A stretch of DNA of 64,000 nucleotides from an uncultured delta proteobacterium (GCA_963802945.1 CAWDKY010000016.1:263287-327286), one strand, 5' to 3'. Counted from the first letter of the stretch, positions 38,686 through 50,207 are shown. Numbers and translations: made by a program. The notes: generated from the letters alone by a model not told the origin.

Positions 38686-39663
38686 ATGTCTACTGATTCA
38701 ATATCTGCCAAGCCAATGGTCGAAACCATGAACGGCCCAATCCCTACGGCGGATCTTAGCTTCACCCTCATGCATGAACATATTATCGTTCGGGCTGAGG
38801 GCCTGGCTAAAAATTTTCCGCAGGTTTGGAACCAGCAGCCGGTGCTGGACAAGGTTCTCGAGATGCTCACCGCCCTTAAAGCCAGGGGAGTTGATACCAT
38901 CGTCGATCTGACCGTCCTCGGTCTCGGGCGTGATGTCCCCCTGTTGCTGCCGGTGGTCAAGCGAACCGGCATCCAAATTATTGCCGCTACCGGCCTCTAC
39001 ACCTTTCACGACATCCCAACCTACTTCCGGGACCGGAAAACAGAAAAAATGACCGACCTCTTTGTAACCGATATTACCAAGGGCATTCAAGGGACCCCGG
39101 TCAAGGCGGCCATCCTTAAATGCGCCACCGATGCACCAGGTTTTACCCCAGGAGTGAAAAAAGTTTTGCGGGCCGTGGCCCGGGCCCATCGACGCACCGG
39201 TGTCCCCATCAGCACCCACACTCATGCCGCCACACAGCGAGGTCTGGAGCAGCAGGACATCTTTGCCGCCGAGGGAGTGGATTTGGGACGAGTGATCATC
39301 GGTCACAGCGGGGATAGCGATGACCTCGACTACCTGACGAAACTTCTTGACCGTGGATCTTATATTGGTATGGATCGCTTCGGTCTCGACGCCTACTTGC
39401 CCGAAGAAAAACGTATCGCTACCATAGCCAAGCTTTGTCAAAAGGGCTGGGCTGAGCGCATGGTTCTTTCTCATGACACGATGGTTTATTTTGACGTGTT
39501 TGAATTAGGTACCATTGAGACCTTCCGTCCCAACTGGAACTATTTCCATATTGTGGACAACATCCTACCGAAACTTTTAGAGGCCGGGGTCAGCCCGAAG
39601 CAGATCGAACTCATGACCAGGGATAATCCCCGCCGCATCTTTGAGAATGTTGGGAGTTACTAA
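38686..39663 (+). CDS. phosphotriesterase-family (PTE-like lactonase) protein
   Basis: TLMHEH, VDLT..GLGRD, ATGLY, ILKCATD, ISTHT, IGHSGD, GMDRFG, LSHD. Confidence 0.92.
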   Translation: MSTDSISAKPMVETMNGPIPTADLSFTLMHEHIIVRAEGLAKNFPQVWNQQPVLDKVLEMLTALKARGVDTIVDLTVLGLGRDVPLLLPVVKRTGIQIIAATGLYTFHDIPTYFRDRKTEKMTDLFVTDITKGIQGTPVKAAILKCATDAPGFTPGVKKVLRAVARAHRRTGVPISTHTHAATQRGLEQQDIFAAEGVDLGRVIIGHSGDSDDLDYLTKLLDRGSYIGMDRFGLDAYLPEEKRIATIAKLCQKGWAERMVLSHDTMVYFDVFELGTIETFRPNWNYFHIVDNILPKLLEAGVSPKQIELMTRDNPRRIFENVGSY

Positions 39664-39713
39664 ACCCCTTACTTTTTTGGCGAGTACAAAGAGATAGGAA
39701 TATGTTTTAATCT

Positions 39714-39798
39714 ACACTCACCCCTGCCCTCCTTCACCGGAAGAAAGGGGCCAATTGAAATTCCTCCCCCTTGATGGGGGAGGATTAAGGTGAGGGTG
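39714..39798. repeat. REP-like palindromic element between convergent genes
   Basis: cactcacccctgccctcc ... cctcccccttgatgggggaggattaaggtgagggtg. Confidence 0.65.
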
Positions 39799-39825
39799 GT
39801 GGAAAATCTATATTTGTAAAACTAA

Positions 39826-40170
39826 TTAAATTGTTTTTCTTATCTCATCCAGTGTGATTTTGCTCTGAGGAACCATCTGAAAGAAACCCGCCAGCTTTTG
39901 GCAGGGATACTCATTACAATAGGCGCAATTGGCCAGTTTTTTCCCCCGCCCGCATGATCTTATCTCACAAACTTGGCAATGGCTGAAAAGGCTTCCTTTA
40001 TCCTGAAAACATCCATCGCAATTGATGTCCTCCGGCTTGAACTGCGCCTTGTACTGCTTTGACCACAGTTCGGCGACCTTTTTTCTTTTTTCGTCATTAT
40101 CCTCACTGGTGGCCAACAATGTCGGGCATTCGGCACAATCGATTCCACAAAAAGCAATCATCTTTTCCAT
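39826..40170 (-). CDS. DUF3795-like Cys-rich protein
   Basis: AFCGIDCAECP, INCDGC, C..C.IRSC, NCAYCNEYPC. Confidence 0.85.
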   Translation of the reverse strand: MEKMIAFCGIDCAECPTLLATSEDNDEKRKKVAELWSKQYKAQFKPEDINCDGCFQDKGSLFSHCQVCEIRSCGRGKKLANCAYCNEYPCQKLAGFFQMVPQSKITLDEIRKTI

Positions 40171-40209
40171 GGGGATCTCCTTTTTATGTTATTTCAAATT
40201 GATCAATTT

Positions 40210-40545
40210 CTACCAGGGAAGGCCGCATAAATCAACAGGTCCATCCGGCCATGGTTTTTTCCCCAGTTCAAGAACCATCGTTAATCTGGGAAAAACCGTT
40301 TTGCCGGAAGGTTGGTCAAAGGTTGTGGGGCCGTCAATAATTTTCCAGCCGAGTTGTTCATAGAAAGGGGCCACCTGGGATCTACAAAGCAATAAACCAT
40401 AATTGATTTTTAACTGGGTATAAATGAATTCAGCTGCTCTTTTTAACATGGTGTTACCGACTTCCTTATCAAACCATCTGACAAGCTCCTGGCTTCGCTC
40501 GAATGGAACATTTTCCGCCGGATGAATTTCTATTTCATAGTTCAT
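40210..40545 (-). CDS. short GNAT-like protein (AAC(2')-like C-terminal part; possibly internally deleted)
   Basis: GLLLC...VAPFYEQLGW and VDLCGLPW; the acetyl-CoA-binding motif region appears missing. Confidence 0.6.
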   Translation of the reverse strand: MNYEIEIHPAENVPFERSQELVRWFDKEVGNTMLKRAAEFIYTQLKINYGLLLCRSQVAPFYEQLGWKIIDGPTTFDQPSGKTVFPRLTMVLELGKKPWPDGPVDLCGLPW

Positions 40546-40703
40546 TGATCAGTCTCTTTATTCTCAGGTTCAAACACCGCCTCCATGACCTCCAGGGCGA
40601 ACCGGCCTGAGACTGTGGCCGGACCGCCTCCCATTTCGATGCCCACTTCGACGGCCTCCAAGATCTCTCCCATCGTTGCTCCGGTCTTGGCCGCCTGTCC
40701 AAT
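40542..40703 (-). pseudogene. 3' fragment of a carboxymuconolactone decarboxylase (CMD/AhpD-like) gene
   Basis: Reads IGQAAKTGATMGEILEAVEVGIEMGGGPATVSGRFALEVMEAVFEPENKETDQ*; homologous to 43165-43303. Confidence 0.65.
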
Positions 40704-40738
40704 ATGCTATCGATCACAAACTACTGGAGAAACCAGCT

Positions 40739-42067
40739 TCACCGTGTGACACTTTTACGCACATTGCGATAGTTAATATTGGAATTCCAAGCGAACATGG
40801 TCGAAGTCATATTTCTAGTTTGCCACAAAGTGAGTAATGCCTTACGGAAGAGCACAGGCCAAGCATGCATCTTACGACTTAGTTTTTCCATAGTGTGAGC
40901 CAGGGGTAGCGGCTCCATGCAGCCTGGGCGATGAATCACTTCCATCATATCATAGTGTACCCAATCTTGAGGAAAATTGGTATAGAGTAATCGCCCCTCC
41001 CGCTGATAACGGTCAAAAAGCCGTGTCCCCGGAAGGGGAGTCAGGAGCGTGGTTTGCATGACATCTATTCCTTGATTGTATATCATGTAGTTCGCGCGTC
41101 TTTGTAATTTGGCGCTCGTATCCCCGTCCATACCAAAAATGAACGCCCCTAATACCGCAATACTGGCCTTGTGGATGCGGCTAAAGGCTTGTTGATAGCC
41201 GTTTATGCCCCGTTGGACATTGAGTTGCTTATGCACTTCTTGTAATGCATCAATTTCCTCTGCCTCCAGCCCGATAAAAACCATCTTACAACCTGCACGA
41301 CTGGCCCAACTCAACACCTCTTCATCGTCACCAAAGTTAAGCGAAGCCTGGCAAAACCACCACTTATATAACTTACGCTCTACCATCCCTTTAAAAAGGG
41401 CTAAGGCTTGCTCCCGTGAGGCTTGACCATACCCGATAATATTGTCATCCACAAAAAATAACATTTTCTGGGGAATCGTCTCTAACTCATCCAAAACTTC
41501 CTCTGCCGGACGACGGCGGTAACGTCTGCCATTAAAAACAGTAACCGAACAGAATTCACAATCCATTGGGCAACCACGAGAAGTTTGCACAGACGCAAAC
41601 CTATAGTCGGAGTGAAATAAGTCTCGCCGAGGATACGGCATACCGGATAAATCAGACCACTCACCTTGGTATCTTTGCTGGAGACGTCCTGCTTCAATAT
41701 CAGTCAAAACCTTTGACCAGACAGCTTCTGCTTCGCCAATGACTACCGCATTTACAAATCGCAAGGCCTCGTCCGGACACATGGAAGCATGAATACCTCC
41801 CATGATTACTGGCACCCCTTGCTGCCGATAGAGAGAGGCAATTTCGTAGGCCCGATTAGCTGATGCTGTAAAAGCGGTAATACCCACAAAGTCTGCTTCT
41901 TGATATGTAAAGGGTTCCCAGTTTTCATCAATCAGTTTCACTTCCCACGACAATGGGGTCAAAGCCGCAATAATGCCTAAACCGATAGGGGGAAAGCGAG
42001 AGCTTTTATTAACGGTCAGACCAACACGTGCAGGATTGACAGGATTAACTAAAACCAATTTTTTCAT
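40739..42067 (-). CDS. B12-binding domain radical SAM protein
   Basis: PPIGLGIIAA, VIMGGIHAS, IGEAE, TSRGCPMDCEFC (CxxxCxxC), FVDDN. Confidence 0.92.
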   Translation of the reverse strand: MKKLVLVNPVNPARVGLTVNKSSRFPPIGLGIIAALTPLSWEVKLIDENWEPFTYQEADFVGITAFTASANRAYEIASLYRQQGVPVIMGGIHASMCPDEALRFVNAVVIGEAEAVWSKVLTDIEAGRLQQRYQGEWSDLSGMPYPRRDLFHSDYRFASVQTSRGCPMDCEFCSVTVFNGRRYRRRPAEEVLDELETIPQKMLFFVDDNIIGYGQASREQALALFKGMVERKLYKWWFCQASLNFGDDEEVLSWASRAGCKMVFIGLEAEEIDALQEVHKQLNVQRGINGYQQAFSRIHKASIAVLGAFIFGMDGDTSAKLQRRANYMIYNQGIDVMQTTLLTPLPGTRLFDRYQREGRLLYTNFPQDWVHYDMMEVIHRPGCMEPLPLAHTMEKLSRKMHAWPVLFRKALLTLWQTRNMTSTMFAWNSNINYRNVRKSVTR

Positions 42068-42128
42068 ATCTCAAAACCTCAATTCTTTGCCTATGAGATG
42101 GTCTCTCTGAGTCAGGAGTAGGAGTCCA

Positions 42129-42794
42129 TTATTTTTCATTGGGAGACTCCAGTGCAATCATTTTTTTCAACCAAACCATCATACACCTCACAAGGCGGTT
42201 ATAGGAGGTTTTATCTCCGGGAAATGCCGCATAAAAGAATTCCTCAAGGCGGAGGCGGTGAAATTCGGAGACAAATCCTGAGTATATAAAAAAGCACAAA
42301 CTGCTTATCAGATAGGCCGTCATCTTAAGGTCAATATCGGGCCTTATTTCTCCCCGTTCAATCCCCTGAACCAGAATTGCCCGGATATTTTCAAAGGAAG
42401 CAGCCTCAATACGACGAGTGACCTTCCGGGCAAACAAATCCATGTCTGACGTGCCAAGTTGAAGAATGATTCGAAAGGTGTCGTTTCGGGCTTCGACTTC
42501 GGTTCGTGTGTTCTTCATCAGGGTACGAATTTTATCGAAACAAGTCCCGTTGCTATGCAGAACACTGCGCATGTATTCAGCCATGCCTTCAGCCTGCCGG
42601 TTAATCACCGCCACATATAACTCGGCTTTATTTTTGAAGTATTTGTAAAGAGCGCCGTTGCTGATTCCGGCACGTTCACAAATATCACTGATATTAGCCT
42701 GGTGATAGCCGTATTTGGCGAACTCGATTTGGGCTGCGCGAATCACGCAATCCTGCTTTTCTTTGGGAATATTCAAAAAAGTTTTAGAGGTCAT
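42129..42794 (-). CDS. TetR/AcrR family regulator
   Basis: EFAKYGYHQANISDICERAGISNGALYKYFKNKAELY HTH. Confidence 0.92.
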   Translation of the reverse strand: MTSKTFLNIPKEKQDCVIRAAQIEFAKYGYHQANISDICERAGISNGALYKYFKNKAELYVAVINRQAEGMAEYMRSVLHSNGTCFDKIRTLMKNTRTEVEARNDTFRIILQLGTSDMDLFARKVTRRIEAASFENIRAILVQGIERGEIRPDIDLKMTAYLISSLCFFIYSGFVSEFHRLRLEEFFYAAFPGDKTSYNRLVRCMMVWLKKMIALESPNEK

Positions 42795-42855
42795 GGCAGT
42801 TGTCGTCCTTTAAATACTGTAAAATCTGTTCAAATTTAATTTCCATTTCTAGATT

Positions 42856-42908
42856 AGAGAGTGATCGTTCACTCTCTTAAATAATACTAAAATATTACCC
42901 TTTGTCAA
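42856..42908 (-). promoter_or_regulatory. tetR promoter with palindromic operator
   Basis: Minus-strand TTGACA-N16-TATTAT followed by the perfect IR AGAGAGTGA-N4-TCACTCTCT (42856-42877). Confidence 0.7.
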
Positions 42909-43145
42909 GCTTGTTCTTTAAATTACCCTTTTTGGAAAATATTTTTCCTGAGTGGATTTTTTCTGAAGTAGTCATACCGTATTTAGGCTCAGGATCTTCC
43001 TCTTAATTTTGCTTACATCGTCTTTACTCGAATCGTCTTATTTATAGCCAAATTCCATGTCCAGTAGTTGGCAACGGCTCTTTTCATCTGGCTGAAGCAA
43101 GGACTAATCGTCTGCCGAGTAAACAGAAGTCGGGACAACCCCCAG

Positions 43146-43393
43146 TTAATCGATGTCATCTCTCACAGGTTCGAATAACGCCTCCATGACCTCTAGGGCG
43201 AACCTGGCCGAGACTGTGGCCGGACCGCTCCCATTTCTATCCCTAATTCGACGGCTTCCAAGACCTCTTCCATTGTCGCCCCAGCCTTGGCCGCTTGTTC
43301 CATTTGCAGAAAAGCATGATAGACCTTTGATTTCAGTTTAATCAACTTGGCATGGGTCTTTTGACGTTGTGCGGTGATTTGTTGTTTATTCAT
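43146..43393 (-). pseudogene. internally deleted CMD/AhpD-like gene
   Basis: N-terminus MNKQ...KVYHAFLQMEQ is joined directly to AAKAGATMEEVLEAVELGIEMG, so the central CxxC region is absent; a further frameshift precedes GPATVSARFALEVME. Confidence 0.65.
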
Positions 43394-43739
43394 GATCGCT
43401 ATCTCTGAAAGTCAGGACTTAACCTTGTATGGATTGTCAAGTTTAGTGTTTCCATTTTTGAAAAACGACCAGAGTTCCATAGGTAATCGTTATCAAGTTG
43501 GCGGGAGATTTAAGCCATCGGCAAGCTAAACAGAGCACTTCTTCATTCCCTGCCGAGCAATCCTCCGTCCCTTGTCTTTCTCCTTGACTCTGCTTTTTTT
43601 TAATTATACATTCAGTACAATAAAAAGAAAGTTCTTATTAAAGATTACCAAGGCGACGATAGGATGAAAAGAGGTTTTATTGATTTTTAATTTTATAACC
43701 TGTGGGCATGAGTTTACGGTTTAAAAGGAGGAGGTCTTA

Positions 43740-44987
43740 ATGGAATTCGAGTTTTCAAAAGAGCAAAAAAAGCTGATGGCAGAGATGCGTGCCTTCTGCA
43801 TCAAGGAGCTACCTGAGGACTTTAACCCTGATTTTACAGGTCGTTTCCGAGAAGAAAAGGCCGAGGCTTTCTGGAAACGCTTCCATCAGAAGGCGGCGAA
43901 AAAAGGTTGGCCAAGTGCCGGCTGGCCTAAAAATTACGGTGGCCTGGGCTTAACCCCCATGGAAGATGCGGCGGTTGCTTCTGAGATGGCCTATTGGGGA
44001 GCACAGTGGACCGGTATCATGAGTATGTCTCTGGTTGCGCCAACGGTCCTGGCAGTAGGGACCGAGGAACAGAAGAAACGGTGGATCCCCCAAATCGCCA
44101 AAGGAGAAATAACTTCTTTTGAGGCCTTTACTGAGCCCGAGGCCGGATCGGATGAGTCGAATATGCAACTCAGGGCTGTGCCAGATGGTGATGACTATAT
44201 CCTTAACGGCCAAAAGACCTTCATTTCCGGTGGCGTCAAACCGGACTGGCTTTTTACAATATGCAGGACTGCCGATGTGACGCCCAGGCACCGCGGCCTG
44301 AGCGTCTTTATGGTACCAGGGGATGCCCCCGGCGTCAGCTACAGGGCACTGCCGACCATGGGCGGCTCGCAACAGAACGACATTTTCTATGACCATGTCA
44401 GAGTTCCCAAGGAAAACCTGTTAGGAGAGCTAAACCGCGGCTTTTATCTGGCTATGACCACTTTTGAGTATGAAAGGGCAGCCGGCGGCGGTCTTGGAGC
44501 CAGAAGGAGCATGGAGAGAATCATGGAGTACGCCCGCAAGGAAAAGAAGAACGGCAAACCCCTTTATCAAGACCGCAAAGCCAGGGAAATGTTAGCCAGA
44601 TTGGCCATTCGCCGGCATCTGGAATTTCTCTTCGGCTGGTATACGGCCTGGCACAGGAGCCAGCGTGAAAAACTGGGACCCCAGCGCTATAACTCAGGAA
44701 TACTCTGGCATAAGCTCTGGCCGGCCTGGGAGGGTGAGCAGTACGGACGTGTCTTTGGGATGTACACCCAGCTCAAAGCGAAATCAAAGTATGCCAAGTA
44801 CGGCGGTATACCGGGACGTGCCTGGGAACGGATGCATTCCATCCATGCTGCCGGAAGCCCTGAAATACGCCGGGTTATCATTGCCGAGAGAGGTCTGGGT
44901 CTGCCAAGGATACCACGGAAGTTCAACAAGATGATCAATGATGAACTGAACAAAGATAAAGAAGCCAAATCATCACAGCCGAAATAA
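43740..44987 (+). CDS. acyl-CoA dehydrogenase, FadE26/ChsE2-like subunit
   Basis: WPKNYGGLG, FTEPEAGSD, NGQKTF, FEYER, GSPEIRRVIIAERGLGLPR. Confidence 0.9.
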   Translation: MEFEFSKEQKKLMAEMRAFCIKELPEDFNPDFTGRFREEKAEAFWKRFHQKAAKKGWPSAGWPKNYGGLGLTPMEDAAVASEMAYWGAQWTGIMSMSLVAPTVLAVGTEEQKKRWIPQIAKGEITSFEAFTEPEAGSDESNMQLRAVPDGDDYILNGQKTFISGGVKPDWLFTICRTADVTPRHRGLSVFMVPGDAPGVSYRALPTMGGSQQNDIFYDHVRVPKENLLGELNRGFYLAMTTFEYERAAGGGLGARRSMERIMEYARKEKKNGKPLYQDRKAREMLARLAIRRHLEFLFGWYTAWHRSQREKLGPQRYNSGILWHKLWPAWEGEQYGRVFGMYTQLKAKSKYAKYGGIPGRAWERMHSIHAAGSPEIRRVIIAERGLGLPRIPRKFNKMINDELNKDKEAKSSQPK

Positions 44988-45016
44988 GCATCATCTAAAC
45001 CAAAAAGGAGAAGTTT

Positions 45017-46273
45017 ATGGATTTTGCACTCAGTGAAGGCCAGAATAGACTGAAGACATCAGTCCGGGAGTTCCTGGAGAAAGAATGCCCTGAGGCTGTT
45101 GTCAGGAAGATAGAAACCGATCAGCAGGGTTACTCTCCGGAGATCTGGAAAAAGATTTCCGATTTAGGCTGGCTGGGGATCGGTATCCCCAAGGAATATG
45201 GCGGCACGGGTGGTGACTTCATCGACCTGATGGTGCTGCATGAGGAAATGGGAAGGGCATTGTTCCCCAGTCCTCACCTATCCACCGTGGTACTTTGCGG
45301 GCAGACGATCCTAAATGCCGGAAGTCCGGAACAGAAAAAAGAACTCTTGCCTAAGATAGTGGATGGCTCGCTTATCCTGGCCATGGCCCTGAACGAACCG
45401 GAGTCGGTCTGGGATGGCCGGGCCTGGGAACCGGAAGGAGTGAAGATGAAGGCCACTCCTAATGGTAATGATTTTATTTTAGATGGCGTCAAGCTGTTTG
45501 TTCATGATGCCCATGTGGCTGATTATATCCTTTGCGCTGCCAGGACCAGACAGGCCAGAAAATCCGAGGAAGGGATCACACTCTTTCTGGTCCCGGCCAA
45601 GAGCAAGGGGGTCAGTTATGAGCTGATGGACACCGTGACTAACAGTAACAAACAGTGCGAAGTTGTTTTTAAAAAAGTCAGGGTCTCCAAGAAGAACATC
45701 GTGGGAAAGTTAAATAAGGGATGGGACCCTCTGTTCCAATCCATCCAGGCCGGAGCAGTGATGCTGTGTGCCGAGATGGCTGGAGCCGCAAAGAAGGTCC
45801 AGGATATAACCGTTGATCATGCTAAAACCCGCATACAGTTCGATATGCCCATTGGAATAAACCAGCATGTTCAGGAGCATTGTGTCCAGCTGACGATCCG
45901 GCAGGACGCCTGCCGATATATTTCCAATTATGCGGCTTGGGCACTTAATCAACCGGACCACGAACTTGATGTCGCTATGGCCAAGGCCTTTTGCAGCGAG
46001 GCCTTTGAGCACCTTTGCTGGCGAGCCCACCAGGTACTGGCGGGAGTTGGAACGATGGCCGTGCTGCATATACTGCCGCTGTATACCCGATGGGGAATTA
46101 TTGCCGAGAACTACCTCGGAGATACCGAGTTCTGGCTGGAAATGGTCGCCCTGGCGCTGGAGAAACTGCCTCCACATCTGAAGACCAAAGGCAAGCCGAT
46201 GGATCTTTGGGATCCCAAAAAGAAACAGGTGCCGGCCTGGGATATCTGGCGCGAGTTCGCTGAGAGTCTGTAA
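45017..46273 (+). CDS. acyl-CoA dehydrogenase, FadE27/ChsE1-like partner subunit
   Basis: LGWLGIGIPKEYGG.G, EEMGRAL.PSP.LST, LDGVKLFV, RIQF..PIG..Q, HQVLAGVG; lacks the C-terminal EGT motif. Confidence 0.9.
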   Translation: MDFALSEGQNRLKTSVREFLEKECPEAVVRKIETDQQGYSPEIWKKISDLGWLGIGIPKEYGGTGGDFIDLMVLHEEMGRALFPSPHLSTVVLCGQTILNAGSPEQKKELLPKIVDGSLILAMALNEPESVWDGRAWEPEGVKMKATPNGNDFILDGVKLFVHDAHVADYILCAARTRQARKSEEGITLFLVPAKSKGVSYELMDTVTNSNKQCEVVFKKVRVSKKNIVGKLNKGWDPLFQSIQAGAVMLCAEMAGAAKKVQDITVDHAKTRIQFDMPIGINQHVQEHCVQLTIRQDACRYISNYAAWALNQPDHELDVAMAKAFCSEAFEHLCWRAHQVLAGVGTMAVLHILPLYTRWGIIAENYLGDTEFWLEMVALALEKLPPHLKTKGKPMDLWDPKKKQVPAWDIWREFAESL

Positions 46274-46374
46274 AAACGACCCAAAGCCTGAAGAAGAGAA
46301 AGAGACTGGTTATATATGGCGTCTTTAATAACGCAGCTTTTTTGCATTGATCCTTAGCCGATAAACAGTCTAAT

Positions 46375-46518
46375 CTCTTCGTCATGCCGGACTTGATCCG
46401 GCATCCAGAAATACCGACACCATTGAACTTCTCTGGATTCCGACTGGAGTTTATCCCGCACATGATGCAGGGTCGGAATGACGAATTTGGGTTTCGGCAA
46501 CTTTTTACAAGTTCGTCA
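46375..46518. repeat. REP-like element with MITE-type end
   Basis: GTCATGCCGGACTTGATCCGGCATCCAG ... CTGGATTCCGAC ... GTCGGAATGAC; related to the core of 35974-36166. Confidence 0.72.
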
Positions 46519-46557
46519 GTAATAAAAATTTCAAGTTCCAAGAAAAAGGGAGATGCT

Positions 46558-47428
46558 ATGTCAGAAGATGTTCAAATAAAAGACGGCTATATTTGGGGCG
46601 GCTGGAGAAGGCCGATAAATGTTTGGATCAACTTGCCGGGGTCAATCCATAATGATGAGGTGGCCCAAAAGGTGGGTATGCGCGGAGGCACTATACCAGG
46701 GACCATCCATTTGAATTTGTTCCCCCCTCTATTGCTCCAAGCCTTTGGCCAGCGCTGGTTTGAGCAAGGAACTTTGAGTGCTTTTTATACCTATGCCACC
46801 ACCGACCGAGAGGAAGTTAGGGCGGTTCTCGGTGTCCCTCCTAAAGAAGCCAAAGAGGTCCAAGTGGAAGCCAAGGCCGAGACCCCGGACGGGCATGCCG
46901 TGTTAAAGGGAACGGCCTCGGTTGGAAACCCAAAGGAGCCATCTTATTTGCAAACTCTTGAGTTTAAGAATGCCAAACGAGAAGAACTCCGTATTCTTGC
47001 CGGGCTAAAGGCCGGATCGGATTTAGCGGCGGAAGATGTCCTCATCACCCAGGAGTTGGTGGATGCCTCGCTTAAGACGATCACCGATCCGATGGATTGG
47101 TATCGAAACCGTTCACCCTGGGCAGCGCAATCGCACCGCCGGCCGTGATGGCCAAAGTTATGATGATACTCCCTGTCAGGGAGGACGGAAAACCTCTTGA
47201 AAAACCCAAAGCCGTGGGATTTTACGGGGCCACCGAGTTGCATTATATCAATGGACCGGTAAAGATCGGGGTGCCCTACCGGGCTAAAGGAAAACTGATC
47301 TGTGTGGGGGCCAGCTCCAGACGGAGTTTATCTGGTATGATGTAACCTTGGAGGAAAAGGATTCCGGGAAAAGGGTGGCCGAGATGCGTCAAATGACCCG
47401 CTGGATGAAATCATCCATCGCCGGCTGA
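46558..47428 (+). pseudogene. double-hotdog-like protein, paralog of 33586..34530, with two frameshifts (about 47120 and 47320)
   Basis: IHNDEVAQKVGMRGG; continues SAIAPP...GFYGATE...NGPV and TEFIWYD...MRQMTRWMKS in shifted frames. May be intact in the organism. Confidence 0.7.
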
Positions 47429-47883
47429 AGATGCGAGGCAGAGGGAGCGTATTGAAAATAAGCACCTGAGCCAGCAGAGCGGCCATTGTCGCTCTGGCCT
47501 TGGCCGCCTACTCGATATGTTTTTTCCTTGACCGTATCTATTTCTTTCCTTATACTCTTTCCATCAAAACACAACATCTATTAATGATTCTCTCAGCGAT
47601 TTTTGAGCCTTTGTGGTTAACAGTAACTCTCTTTCCAGATAACTAAAGTTTTGCCTTTCTTCGTAATTTGTGAAATTAGCATTTCCTTGTAGTTGAAGTA
47701 ATTTACCCAGTCAAACGGCCGGTTGAAGTGATAGCTGAACAGATAATTCTTTTTTGGAACGAATAACTATGCAGTCTTTTTGTTATGATAACAAATTTGT
47801 TTTATTGAATTAAGAAGAGAAAGAGGCAAGAGCAGACTTGCCCTTTTAAGATTTGAACCTACTTACTTGCAGAGAAAGCCAAT

Positions 47884-49126
<1,243 letters not shown>

Positions 49127-49413
49127 GGATAGTTCTGCGCCCTTGAACATTTTCTCGTGTAGTATGGGGGAAGATCAGCCTTCATTCCCTTGTCTTCTCC
49201 CCTGTTTTTTCTCCTTGATCCTGCCTTTTTCTTATTTTATACTCTCTCCATTCAAAACCAAAGTCCTATAATTCAGCATGATGAGATTGTTTTTCCTTGA
49301 CATAAAAGTTTAATGCTTCCCATATCTTCAACCCAAAAAGGGAATTCTTTATCTAACCTCATCTGTTGGAAAAAGGAGCCTAAGAATCTATTTCATTATA
49401 AAGGAGAAAAAGT

Positions 49414-50184
49414 ATGGGAAAATCTAGTTTTGATCTTGAAGGCAAGGTCGCGCTGGTAACCGGTGGCAACGGCGGTATTCGACTGGGAATGGCGGAAGCC
49501 CTGGCTGAGGCGGGAGCCGATGTCTGCATCTGGGGGCGAAATGAGGGAAAAAACGAGGCGGCTGAAGAAAAGCTGAAAAGTTATGGTCACCGTGTATTAG
49601 CCTTAAAATGTGACGTCTCGGCTGAACAACAGGTGGAGGAATGTTTTGCCAAGACGTTAAAAAGCCTGGGAAAGGTAACGGCCTGTTTTGCCAATGCCGG
49701 AATAGGAGGCATAGGAACCCCCTTTCATAAGATGACCATTGAAGAGTGGCGACGGATTTTCAGCGTCAATATGGAGGGTGTTTTTTTTACATTCAGGGCC
49801 GCGATCCGGCACATGATAGAATATAAGATCAAGGGGTCGCTGGTGGCTACCAGCAGCCTCTCTGCCATCTCAGGGGCGCCTGGGAGCGAACATTACGCCT
49901 CTAGCAAAGGCGGTTTACTGTCCCTGATTCGAGCCTTGGCTGTGGGATATGCTCGCTATGGCATTCGTGCCAACGCCATTATACCCGGTTGGATCGAGAC
50001 GGATATGACAGCTAACGTGTTCTCTAACGAGAAGTTTGAAAATGCGGTGCTTCGCCGGATCCCTTTGCGGCGCTGGGGCGTGCCAAAGGATTTCGGCCCG
50101 GCAGCGGTCTATTTTGCCAGTGACGCCAGTGCATATCATTCAGGTGATGAATTCATCATTGACGGCGCCTACTTCAGATTTTAG
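49414..50184 (+). CDS. short-chain dehydrogenase/reductase
   Basis: VALVTGGNGGI, ANAG, SS, HYASSK (YxxxK), GIRANAIIPGWIETDM. Confidence 0.93.
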   Translation: MGKSSFDLEGKVALVTGGNGGIRLGMAEALAEAGADVCIWGRNEGKNEAAEEKLKSYGHRVLALKCDVSAEQQVEECFAKTLKSLGKVTACFANAGIGGIGTPFHKMTIEEWRRIFSVNMEGVFFTFRAAIRHMIEYKIKGSLVATSSLSAISGAPGSEHYASSKGGLLSLIRALAVGYARYGIRANAIIPGWIETDMTANVFSNEKFENAVLRRIPLRRWGVPKDFGPAAVYFASDASAYHSGDEFIIDGAYFRF

Positions 50185-50207
50185 TTTAACCTGGAGGCCT
50201 CCCACAT

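Noticed and set aside
34576-40545. Run of small minus-strand genes (cupin, GNATs, AKR, methyltransferase) as an integron array
   Set aside because: No attC-like structures were found between these genes and there is no intI.
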